NCBI GenBank assembly: GCA_002189035.1
Contig: NEEC01000013.1
Location: forward strand, 2,852,001-2,916,000
Source of the DNA: Utricularia gibba
Lineage: Eukaryota > Plantae > Magnoliophyta
Direction: 5' to 3'
DNA length: 64,000 bases
Position numbers and translations under genes: made by a program. Below the pieces are notes generated by a model, which saw nothing but the letters and a program-made list of their open reading frames with translations, was not told the origin of the DNA and ran no database searches. Of the stretch, positions 11,266-22,900 are shown one piece after another (positions within the stretch are counted from its first letter, which is position 1; every line of letters starts with the position of its first letter).

Positions 11266-13656
11266 ATGGAGGGAGGTGATGTCGCCGTCGCCTGCGCAGC
11301 TGAGAAGGAGAATGGTGTGCCGCCGGATCCCGCCGCCTCGTTGTCCCCGGAGAAATCTAATTCAACATCCGATCAAGCAGAAGTCAACGATCTCGCTTCA
11401 GAACCAATGGAAATCGCCGCCTCCACTCCGCAGCCTAAGGCTCGGCAAGAGCCCCAGCCTCGGAAGAAACGTCGTCGTCGGAAGAAGTTCTTCACGGACA
11501 TATTATCGTCTTCCGCCTCGCGTCTTCGGGCTCTACGAGCCCAGCAAAAAGCCTCCGCCGCAGCAGAGTTCGATGACTACGCGATGGGAAATTTTCGCAA
11601 GCGTAAAGGTACCACTGATCTTTCCAAGGAAATCGATATCGAAGCTCTAATTGCAATCTCTGTCGGATTTCCTGTCGATTCACTCACCGAAGAAGAAATA
11701 GAGGCTAATGTGGTGTCTCAGATCGGAGGCACGGAGCAAGCCAACTACATTATCGTTCGCAATCATATTCTAGCTCGGTGGCGCTCCAATGTTTCAAGCT
11801 GGCTCTCGAAGGATCAGGTGCTGGAGTCTATACGCGCAGAGCACAAAAATATTGTGAATTCAGCTTACCTTTTCCTGCTCCATCACGGCTACATCAATTT
11901 TGGGGTTGCCCCATCGATCAGGGAGATGAAGGCGAAGATGATCGATGGTACACCAAAGGGGAGCGTGATTGTAATTGGTTCCGGTCTCTCAGGTTTAGCT
12001 GCTGCGAGTCAGTTAATTTTTTTAGGTTTTAAGGTGATCGTGCTTGAGGGTAGATCTCGACCAGGCGGCAGAGTTCGAACAAAAAAGATGAGTGGAGCTG
12101 ATGGTGGAGTTGTTGGCGCTGCAGATTTAGGAGGAAGTGTTCTCACAGGGATAAACGGGAATCCCTTGGGAGTTTTCGCTCGGCAACTTGGTCTTCCCCT
12201 ACACAAGGTAAGGGATATTTGCCCCCTTTACATGCCTAATGGAAGAATGGTAAACTCTGACGTTGATTCGAGAGTAGAATCCTCGTTTAATATACTGTTG
12301 GACAGAGTTTGTAACCTTAGGCAAGGAATCCTGGAGGAGATCAAGAGCGTTGATGTTTCTCTGGGAACAGCGTTGGAGGCATTCAGGAACGTCCACAAAG
12401 TAGCTGAGGATCCATTGGAACGAATGCTTCTGAATTGGCATTTGGCAAATCTCGAATATGCGAATGCAACGTTGATGTCGAACCTATCCATGGCATACTG
12501 GGATCAAGATGATCCGTATGAAATGGGTGGGGATCACTGCTTCATACCTGGTGGAAATGAAAGATTTGTTAGAACCTTAGCAGAGGATATTCCGATTTTT
12601 TACAACTCTGAAGTTGAAAGTGTGAGATATGGGAATGATGGGGTGGTAGTGTATGCTGGAGACAAGGAGTACCAAGGTGATTTCGTGCTATGCACTGTAT
12701 CATTAGGGGTTTTGAAGAAGCAAGCAATTGAGTTTATACCAGAGCTTCCTCAAAGGAAAAAAGATGCAATTGAGAGATTAGGATTTGGTTTGTTGAATAA
12801 GGTTGCTATTCTTTTCCCATGTGATTTCTGGGGTGGAGAAATAGACACCTTCGGCCATTTGACAGAGGATCCTAACATGAGAGGGGAGTTCTTTTTGTTC
12901 TACAGTTACTCTTCTGTAGCTGGTGGGCCTCTCCTAATTGCTCTTGTGGCTGGTGAGGCGGCTGTGAAGTTTGAAAAGATGTCTCCACTGGAATCCATAA
13001 GCAGGGTTTTGGAGATTTTGAAGGGTATTTTTAGCCCAAAAGGTATTGCCGTTCCAGATCCACTTCAGGCAGTTTGTACACGTTGGGGTCAGGATCATCT
13101 CTGCTATGGATCATACTCGTATGTAGCAATCGGTGCTTCGGGAGACGACTATGACATTCTTGCGGAAAACGTGGCCGACAGGGTTTTCTTTGCTGGAGAA
13201 GCTACCAACAGGCAATATCCGGCAACGATGCACGGAGCCTTCCTCAGCGGAATGAGAGAGGCTGCTCACATACTGAGAGTAGCCAGGAAGCGATCGACTG
13301 CAAAGCTCAATAACACTACCACAAAATCTGATGACCTGAGCCAGCTTTTCAGGAGTGCTGACCTTGAGTTCGGCAGCTTCTCTGTTTTGTATGATACCCT
13401 TCAGCCGATGGATTCAGAAAGCAAAGCGTTGCTTCAACTCGCCATCAATGGCGAGGCAGAAAGTGATCAGATTTACCTCTACGGCATGTTGCAGAAGAAA
13501 CAGGCCATTGAACTGGGAGACCTGGAGGATGATGCCAAGAGGTTAGAGATCCTAACCACCAAGTTCGATGTGAGGCTTGTCGGCAGAAACAGCTTATGTA
13601 ATTATGCAGAGGATCTCCTGCGCAGGATCAGGTCCGTCAGATCAGTTTCCAAGTAG
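11266..13656 (+). CDS. LDL1: Lysine-specific histone demethylase 1 homolog (SWIRM plus amine oxidase), intronless
   Basis: SWIRM (EALIAISVGFPVDSLTEEEIEA), FAD motif GSGLSGLAAA, AADLGGSVLTGINGNPLG, GEATNRQYPATMHGA. First ATG at 11266. Confidence 0.93.
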   Translation: MEGGDVAVACAAEKENGVPPDPAASLSPEKSNSTSDQAEVNDLASEPMEIAASTPQPKARQEPQPRKKRRRRKKFFTDILSSSASRLRALRAQQKASAAAEFDDYAMGNFRKRKGTTDLSKEIDIEALIAISVGFPVDSLTEEEIEANVVSQIGGTEQANYIIVRNHILARWRSNVSSWLSKDQVLESIRAEHKNIVNSAYLFLLHHGYINFGVAPSIREMKAKMIDGTPKGSVIVIGSGLSGLAAASQLIFLGFKVIVLEGRSRPGGRVRTKKMSGADGGVVGAADLGGSVLTGINGNPLGVFARQLGLPLHKVRDICPLYMPNGRMVNSDVDSRVESSFNILLDRVCNLRQGILEEIKSVDVSLGTALEAFRNVHKVAEDPLERMLLNWHLANLEYANATLMSNLSMAYWDQDDPYEMGGDHCFIPGGNERFVRTLAEDIPIFYNSEVESVRYGNDGVVVYAGDKEYQGDFVLCTVSLGVLKKQAIEFIPELPQRKKDAIERLGFGLLNKVAILFPCDFWGGEIDTFGHLTEDPNMRGEFFLFYSYSSVAGGPLLIALVAGEAAVKFEKMSPLESISRVLEILKGIFSPKGIAVPDPLQAVCTRWGQDHLCYGSYSYVAIGASGDDYDILAENVADRVFFAGEATNRQYPATMHGAFLSGMREAAHILRVARKRSTAKLNNTTTKSDDLSQLFRSADLEFGSFSVLYDTLQPMDSESKALLQLAINGEAESDQIYLYGMLQKKQAIELGDLEDDAKRLEILTTKFDVRLVGRNSLCNYAEDLLRRIRSVRSVSK

Positions 13657-14195
13657 CCTTCACTCGTTGTGAATATCTGATTTGAGAACATCTGGTTCCT
13701 TTGTATTCACCGCTAAATGCTGGGGAAATGACTTTCGCCCTTTGTAATCTATTAGTCATGTAGTGAAAGACCAACTTGCTAACCTAAGATAAGCCGTTCA
13801 TGATAGCCATTTGTGAAGAGCGGAAACAGAATACTAGCAGTCTGAAGGTCATGCTGGAGGCGTTAGTTGACCATCTAACAAACCGATCCAAACACAGCAC
13901 ATATTCAGTAATTTACTGTAGCTGACTAATTCGAACAGCCGTGGATCTGGTATCAGTTTTGCTAATTTTTTATAGTTTGCTGTCAAAGTCACTCATTTTT
14001 GGACACAGCCGTCGGTAGATAAATTGAACAGACAATTCTCCTATGAGCAACATAGGTACCATCACAACTGATTTGCCAAAGATTCAGGTGTAAACAAAAA
14101 TTCTCACTAACCAATAGCTCAAAGTCCACCATTTTGTCAAATATGAACATAATAAGGAAACTTTTCCAAGTAGCAATCAGTTAGGAGGTGGAAGT

Positions 14196-17100
14196 TTAAA
14201 CCATATAAGTCATACCAACCTGAATGAGATTCGAGTGTGCTACGCTCAAGTTCGCCGTACCTCTCCTGCAGTTCTTCCTCAAGAAGGCATAGAAATAATT
14301 GATAACAAGCTTCTTGATGAACCACGAGTTCTTCTTTGCACGGATGGTTCCATGACCGAGAAGATATACGACACCCGACTCCTTGGCCTTGCGTATAAAG
14401 AAGAGTTCCTTGTCTAAGCTTTGCTCTGGATCAGGAGCTCCATTGGAGGAAGCTTCAGCTTTGGCTTTTCCAGCTGCATCTGCTTCTAATATGAAGTTGT
14501 TTGTATCCTGAAACCCCGCTAGAAGAGGCACGCCAAGTGAGTATAAGCTCCCATTGGGAGCCATGAGGGTCCTTGAGATAGAGCTGACTTCTCCTTCCTC
14601 ATCCGAGTCTTCACCATCACTTTCCAGTGACCTTTCCTGAGCTTCACGGCGAATGAATTTCTCGAGGCTCTCGATCAGTAGTTGCTCAAAGATCTGGTGA
14701 TTCTCTTTGCGCACGTCTTTATACCCATATCTATATTCAAGAGAACCGGATGTCATCATAACCACTTTTGTTTTTTATATCCATAAATCCCTAACAAGCA
14801 TCCTTTATGTCATCTTACCTAAATTTTGCTGACAGGAAAGATTTATTGCATCTTACTATGCTACACAATCTCAAATATGACAAGACACTAGAACAAAGGC
14901 TATAGTAGCAACCTTCCTATTTCCTTATGCAAAAACCGAATAATAAATCGCTCTTCTGCAATCATCTTAAAAGGTCCCCCTAGTTTTTCTCTAGCAAATG
15001 AAGGAAAAAGCATTCGTTTTTTTCCCTAAAATATGTCATCACTTACATGCACTTATTTGTCTCAGAAATCACAAGACCAGTCTAGAGGATATTATGTAAA
15101 TGATCCTATACTCATCAATAACATGTTAAAGGACAAGAAAAATAAGGATTGCTGTTTGACAAAGATTGAAAAGATTAAGTACCTTGCAACACATCGAAAT
15201 ATGTGATAATTTTTGGGACAGACACGCCTGAACAGAAATCTTTCGCTCTGAGGGACAAGGGAAACTGGGACATACTTTATACAGACAAATATTATCATCG
15301 AGTGAATGGCAGGAAGAGTTGTAAGAAAATGCCCAAATATTGCAGGAACCCCCTTAGCTAACTCGTTATAAAGCAAGCCAATTCCAGGAGCTCTAATTGT
15401 ACCCAAGGTTGGACCAAGCTCCCGAAGCAAATGCATAGACATCTTTTGCTTGACTTCTGTCTCATACTTGAGGTTGCTTCCGTAGTTCCAAATATACATT
15501 ATTAAAAACATAAAAACGGCAAACACCAGTATAATCCAGCTTCCATCACCCACACTCCATAGAACAGAGGAAAGGAAGGTTAACTCCAAGCCCAAGAAAA
15601 TAAAGACAAAACTCAAGACGATGAAAATGTTTAGCTGCCATATGAGAAGCATAACAAGGGTTACTAATGTTGTTGACATCATCATGACTCCAACTTCAGC
15701 AATGCCTGTGAAAACAAAAATTTAATCAAAAAATTAAAACAAAACCAAGCCTGCCCAGTAACATAGTGATAAGAAAATTACCATATGCATTTCCGATTTC
15801 ATAAATATTGGAAATGTTGCAGACCAAAAAGAGAGTAAGAGCCAGCAGAAACCAATTCATGATTGGGATATAGATCTGGCCCATAAATTTCCTCGAGGTG
15901 TGTATAATTTTAAGACGGGGAAAGCAGCCAAGTGCTGTTGACTGTTTAATACATGAGAAAGTTGCTGTAATCATTGTTCTACTAGCAATCAGTGCAGCTA
16001 TGTTAGCCACAAGAAAAACAACCCAGAAAGCTTCACCTGAAAAGGATACAAGATATGTACCTAACGATGAATACAGCAGAACCACAACATACGAAATTGG
16101 TGAAGGGCAGATAATTATAAGACCACCCTTACTTGGTACTGATGAGAAGAAAGCATGAGTTGTATCTGCATGATTCTCCATAAGGTATGCAGCTTGGCCA
16201 AGATAACCCAGTATAAGACAAGGTAATACAAGCAGCAGAAAGGTAAGCTGCAAAGAAAAGACAAATGCAGAAGGTAAAAAGAAAATCCATTCAAACACAT
16301 GTGGACACATAGATCATAGCTTACCTGCACCGATTTCACAGAAAAATAGCACAAGTCTGCAAACATAGCCTCAGAACCTGAAAGGTTAATTAATATTAGC
16401 CTTTGAAATTACGTAGCTGCAAGATTTTGTCATGATTAAGCCAAAAAAAAGGCAAAAAAATTCACCTATGATACTTAACATGACATATAAATAATCTAAT
16501 CGCATAACAGAGCTTTTGCATGATTCAGAATCATTATTTGAATTTACCTGTAGCACAGAGAAGGCAGCCACCAAGTGAATACCAAGCCTTGGTTGAGTTA
16601 CGCTTAAAGAAATAATATATATATACTGGATTAAATGCCCGCAGAACACTCGTATCATACTTGACAAGGTTGTATATGCCAATGCCTCCTAGAGAGCAAA
16701 ACCAAAGGAACAAGGCAGGACCAACAACAAGTCCCATTTTACTTGTCCCATATCTTTGTACACTGAATAGAACTATAAGAAACGCCACTGAGATCATAAC
16801 CACATGAACTGAAATTCCAAAAGAAAGGAAAAGGAATCAGATCACATTACTGCCAAATTTCAGCCCCAACAAAAATGCGAGCAATCAACAAGAAGCTAAT
16901 AAAGCATAAGAGGCTCAATCACCTTGTTTTACCCCTGAAACTCCAATCTTCAAGCCATCAACAGCAGAAATAACTGAAGCAATAAAACTTCACAGGTTCA
17001 ATTAAAAGCAACAAAAAATGCTTGAGCAGATGAGCTCAAAGACATTTCCAAAAGAACAATAGACAGCTGCAAAAAATGTACCCGACATAGCTGGTGTCAC

Positions 17101-17978
17101 AACACAGTCAGCAATCACCATTGAAGTACCGGCAAGGACTAGCATCAGAAGAACCTTTTTTAGTGTTGGAGATGCTTCAAGTCGCTCCTTTATTTTAAGA
17201 GACCTCTCGAGTTCAGGAGATGGCACCTTCAACCTAAAGCTAGATATACGAGCATCAGACGCAAGCTGATTGGGTAGAAGACTGACTTTAGCGTGCCTAC
17301 AAATCAAGGAGTAAAGAGCAAATGTACCACCTGCATCAATTAGCCACATGACAGTCTGACTCAATTCGGACAAAAATGACATGCAGCAAAGTGGAAAGAA
17401 GATATACCTTCACCATCATCATTTGCCCAAAGAACGATCAGAACATATTTTACAAGTGGAATCAAAATCAAGGTGTACAAAACTAGAGATAGAGCGCCAA
17501 GAACATCTTCATTCCCCTTTGCAGGAGCTTTGCTGAACATCACACTGAACGTATACAAGGGACTAGTCCCCACATCGCCAAAAACAACCCCTAGTGTCTG
17601 AAACGCCAAAACGAACCTCCTGGATAAAGTGATATCCTCCTATTTGCATTTCAAAACCAAACGTCAGCAGAATACCTCTTGACAAAATAGTGAACAGAAA
17701 GGAACGACCTCGAATTCATTTCTCTGTGCCCCGGGAACTTCAAGCGCCTCGACACCAAAAGAATCAACCTTGGGTCCAGTGCGAATCAACCGCTGGCTGG
17801 GAAAATCATCCTCGTCGGAGTCGTGGTGACGCGATTCCTCATCTCCACCACTCTCATCATCCTCGTCCTCGTCGTTATCTGCGTCGGAGGCGTCGGCGTC
17901 CTGATACACCCACCTCGACTCCGATGAATCCATGGAGATTAAACCTCCATTCTCCTTCTCCGAACCCTCCTCCGTCAT
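14196..17978 (-). CDS. KUP7: KUP/HAK/KT potassium transporter, multi-exon
   Basis: Acidic N-terminus with RLIRTGPKVDSF-VEALEVPG, FQTLGVVFGDVGTSPLYTF, GGTFALYSLICRH, C-terminal KKLVINYFYAFLRKNCR...QVGMTYMV*. Confidence 0.92.
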
Positions 17979-18474
17979 CCGCCGGCCGGTCGGAATCCCA
18001 CCTTCTAAAACTTGCCAAAAGCGAAATTCCCCAATCTTGATTTATTCAATTCCACTTTTTATTGAACAAGCTTTCCCATTTTTCATCACTTCTTTAACCC
18101 CTCACCTCAGAAAAACAAACTCGAGTGATTTTCACATTTTCTTTTTGGAATATATTCTTTTTCTTCGCATTTTCTTTTGTAAGAAACAAAAAAAAAAAAA
18201 AAATTCCTTATCATGAATGGAAAGTGACACAAATGTTCGAAATTGGACAGAATATCAGATTTAGGATTGAATAGTGAAAATCGAACTTCCGTCGAAATTT
18301 GAAAAGCATAGCTAAACAAGCCAGAAATGGCCATACTTGCATGGCCTGAGCACTATACCGAAGCAGATGCTGAGCGGCTAAACGCTCTGTTCTGGAAAAC
18401 CAGAAGCTGGGAAGACGAGCAAAAAGAGAACACAGGCACTATGTACAAAAAAGCTTAACTGCGTACGCAATGCA

Positions 18475-18858
18475 TCACCTAGGACCAGACAGTTCGTCTG
18501 GTCGAATATGCGACGGAATCCGGAACGAATTCCCACACTTCGGCCTTAACACTTCTTCCTTCTGCCATTCTTCCCACCTTTCGGACAAGCCATCGTCCTC
18601 AACTATCCGAACGAATTCCCACATCTTGGGGCGTTCAGACTTGCAAAGGAGAGCTACCTGGATGAGTTGCTCCACATCCTGTTCATTGTACCTGCCTGAA
18701 GATCAGTATCAACCAGTGTATCCAGCTTCTTTTCCTTCAAAAGCCCTTTCACGTGAAGAAGGTGAAGGCAAGGACATGTTTGCGATGCACAGCCATGCTG
18801 ATCATTTCGACTTCTGTTTGGAACTGCGACTCCCCGCCTTGAGAGCGCTCCTCTTTAG
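18475..18858 (-). pseudogene. SERK: Internally deleted SERK/BAK1 LRR-RLK relic
   Basis: Minus strand reads VKRLK(frameshift)[24 protein letters not shown], then jumps to [19 protein letters not shown], a frameshift, and [34 protein letters not shown]. Most of the kinase domain and all of the ectodomain are missing. Confidence 0.9.
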
Positions 18859-19064
18859 TCTTTTAACTCACCCGGCCCGGCCCGTAGACTATAGAATGTG
18901 GTGGGGCTTAGCCCGTTTTCCGTACGGTCGGGCTTTTGTTGGGCCGGATCGTTCCACGTAACTAGGCCCCATCGGTCTAACATTGGAACGACAAGGCGAC
19001 GTCTATTTTCGCCCATTTCTTTCAAATTACACTGATTATTACATGTAATTTATTTGCGGGGCCC

Positions 19065-19320
19065 GCAACCCCCCGTTCCCTTTCCTTCCCACGAAGGAAG
19101 TCAAAAAAGCTTAGCAGTCCCGAAGCGTCGTCCCGGGCCGTAGCCCTTGCAACGGCTTTTCCTGCATTAGCCGCCGAGCCGAGCCGAGCCGAGCCAAGAG
19201 TAGGCTTCGACTTTGCCAGCCGAGGTATTCAATTGCCGACCTGGGCTGGAGTTTTACAACGCTGCCCTTGCGCTCTGTTCCCGAATTTGCGGGTAGGTAG
19301 GGGTCCCGTTAACTACCTTG
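19065..19320. other. GC-rich non-coding island, possibly organelle-derived (NUMT-like)
   Basis: Sharp GC-rich block between AT-rich flanks, containing (GAGCC)x4 at 19176-19195. Style resembles plant mitochondrial intron or spacer DNA; identity not confirmed. Confidence 0.3.
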
Positions 19321-19954
19321 TTTTCCTAAATATGGACCTAAATTAACGCGTCACATGTGCATTCCGTAATCAAATTAAAATATTAAAAATGATGACCATA
19401 ATAAATGATGCCCAACTGCCGGTGATTTTTCAAATCTTAAATTGGGAATTAGGGTTTTGATATTTGGATGGGTAGTGTTAGCTATAGTTTAGGAAATAGA
19501 TGAAATTGATTAAAAAAAGAAAAGTAAAAATGCCGAGGGGTAACTTAGTAATTCGATGCGTAGATGAGTACGAAAGGAAACGTGCCCCGTCAAGCAACGC
19601 ATCGGTTTAGAGGGGTAGAGATGACGTGTGGCCTTTGCCCTTCATCAACAGGAAGGAACGCGACTTTTTTTTTTTAATTTATTGCAATTTTATAAAGTTT
19701 CTTCACTCGTGAGTTATTCATGGCGGAGAGGAGCCTCCATTTTCTTTCTCTCTCAACTTTTTTCCTGAATCTTCTTCTCTCTCTTTCTCTTCGATTCGTT
19801 TACGGTGGACTTTTTTCGGATCACTTCGTCTGATGTGCGATTTGTATATGGTGAAGTCGTGAAGTAGTGTTTTCGCGTAGTCTAAGCTTTTGACAGGGTT
19901 TGGGTTCTTGGGTCTGTTTTTCGGTTTGGGCTTCTTTGTTTTTGGTTGCATGTG

Positions 19955-22900
19955 ATGGAGTCGCCGGAGCGGGGGAGATCGGTCGAGGCTGTAGCCATGG
20001 AAATCCCGGCGAGTGAAGGTGCTTTGTCGTGCTCACCGCCGACCCTCCCCTCGTGGCTTCGTCGGAGACTTTCCGAGGCGAAGACGCCGCCCCCTAGTAG
20101 TGTAGAGGAAATTGAGGCGAAACTTCGTGAGGCTGATATCCGCCGCCAGGTGTTTGATATTTTTCTAATTTCATTCCGTTTTCCTTATTTAGCAAATCCA
20201 TCCCCTCACCCTGATTTTCGATTCCTTGGTCCTCTTTTATTCTACAGTCGACCATTTTGAGGGCGTTTCTGTTTTTTCATGTTAGACTTTTTGAGTTTTA
20301 TCAAGTGGTGCTCCAAGTTTAATTTGTCCGTTTGTTTTTTAAGTTTAGTTTGCGATGAAGAAAGGATCTTGCGGGTCGTTTTGATTAGGTAAAGTTGGGT
20401 GAAGGTGCAGTTACCGCGCCTAACTGAGAGCGAATGGAAGAGAGAAAGAAAGAAGCTGTCGGATAACCTTCTTTTAATTGGATTTTGAATTCAAAACATT
20501 TCTTTGTAGTTACCGCTATGGTTATGGTACTCTCACAAGCTTTGACATGCCTGACCTCTCTTGATTGTTACGTTTGCTTTTGTGTCCCTTTTGCTTCGTT
20601 CTCGCCTTTGTAATTCGAATTTTGAACCTCAGAAAAGCGTCTGATGTCTATTCTTCTGTATTTAATCGCAGAAATTCTATGAGAATCTTTCTAGCAAGGC
20701 TAGATCAAGACCCAGAAGCCCAATACATGATTCACCTAACCAAGATGACCTTGGCCAGAGACTGGAAGCCAAGCTTCTAGCTGCCGAGGAGAAAAGGTTG
20801 ATTATTAGTTTGCTTTATCTTATATGTCACATGCATCGCCGATGAAGTCAAGGATCCGTTTTCAGTCTTATTGCAGTTTCCTTCAAGTGAATATTTCCTT
20901 TGTTGTTCATCGTAAAAGTAAAGGATGTACCCTGGAGCAAGATTTTTTCTTGCTGTATAGTTTATTTGTATTTTCTGCACCGCTGCAAGGTTCATACCAA
21001 GTTACTAATTCCCAAATATTTTGCAAATCTTGTATGACCGTACAGGTTAACTATCCTTGCGACTGCTCAAACGCGCCTTGCGAAGCTTCACGAGTTACGC
21101 CAAGCTGCTAAATTTAAGGCTGAAATGCACTTGAAAAGCCAGCGTGCTGAATTAGGGACGAAGGTTCAGCTGCGATTTCAAAAGGCAGAAGCCAATAGAA
21201 TGTTTTTGCTTCGAGAATATCGGCAAAGGAGGGCTAACCGGAAGGAGAGGGTATCTCAATCACTAATGAGGCATGTGGCTCGAGAATGCAAATACAAAGA
21301 GAGAATTCGTGCTGCAATATACCAAAAAAGAGCGCGTGCTGAGAAAAAAAGACAGGGATTGTTGGAGGAGGAGAGGAGACGCGCACGGGAAAGATTCTTG
21401 CAGGTGCAGAAGGTGGCCAGTTCTGTTTCCCTCCAGAGGGAGATGGAGAGAAGTGAGATGAAAAATAAGATAGAAGATAAATTACAGAAGGTAATTTCTT
21501 TATCACAATAAATTGTCTAGTTCACTGCATGCCAACTTTTTTACAATGTTTTCTTTTCTTGCTTCTGCATAGGCTGAGATAAAGAGAGCAGAATATTTAC
21601 AACAGAGAGGAAGGCAATATAGTGCGTTCTTATGTTGTTGGGAGACCATGAATGATCAAGCTGAAATCCTAGCCATAAAATTAGCTAGGTACTCTTACTT
21701 TCATTCATATCTATTTTCGTACAGCAGTGCTGAAATTTTTTTATTCTATTGAAATCTCTCTTTGGTGCCTTTAGTCACTTAATTTTAGTCTATTGTATTT
21801 GCGTACGTCTTCTGCAATCTCAACTTTCATAGTGTTGGCGTAATATTTTCAGATGCTGGAGAAGGTTCAAAACTCTTAAAAAGACAACTGCAAGTCTTGC
21901 TAAAGCGTATAGTGGCTTGTATATTAGTGGGGGATCAGTGAAATCAATGCCATTTGAGCAGTTTGCTCTTCTTATTCAGGCAAATTCTACCATTCAAACA
22001 GCCAAAGATTTCCTTGATCGGATTGAAGCTCGATACAGACTGTATAGATGCTCTCTTGATTCTTCCGATTGTGATGACATAGATCACCTTCTCAAACGTG
22101 TAGTCTCTCCAAAGCAAAAGGAAGCTCCTAGAAAAGACCGCTACCACAAGGAGAAAAGGGTTGTATCGGTTAAAAAGAATGATAGTCATCAGCGCCTTTC
22201 AAGATACCAAGTAAGGGTCGCCCTCTGTGCGTACATGATTGTGGCCCATCCTGATGCTGTGATAAGTGGCCAAGGAGAGCGTGAGATGGCTTTAGTTAAA
22301 TCTGCAGAGAATTTTGTGAAAGAGTTCGACTTGCTGGTTAAGATAGTGCTTAATGGACCCTTGCAGGTCCCTGGTAAGGGATCTGATGATGGGGTCCTGA
22401 TACGTAGAACCTTCCGGTCTCAACTTGAAGCTTTTGATTCATCCTGGTCCTCCTTCTTAAATAGCTTTGTCGTCTGGAAAGCCAAGGATGCAAAGTCACT
22501 CGAGGAGGATTTGGTTAAGGCTGCATGTCGTCTTGAACTCTCCATGATGAAAACCTGCAAGATAACTCCGGAAGGGGAGAGTGTTCCGCTGACACATGAT
22601 ATGAAGGCAATCCAGAAGCAGGTCTGTCTAATTGCTTGACCAGTTTTGTGGTTATTGAACCATGTTCTTCTTTAAAACTTCATTTTCTTCTTATAAGCCT
22701 TTGTATGATCATTTTATGTTTGGATACAGAAGTAATATTAATTTCCTGAACTTTGAGTGGGTAACAGGATTTTTCGGTTGTTCATTTTCGATTACTTTAG
22801 TTCTACATCTAGCAGGTATCTGCAGATCAAAAGCTCTTGAGGGAGAAAGTGCTCCACCTGAGTGGTAATGCTGGAATCGCGCGTTTGGAAAATGCACTCT

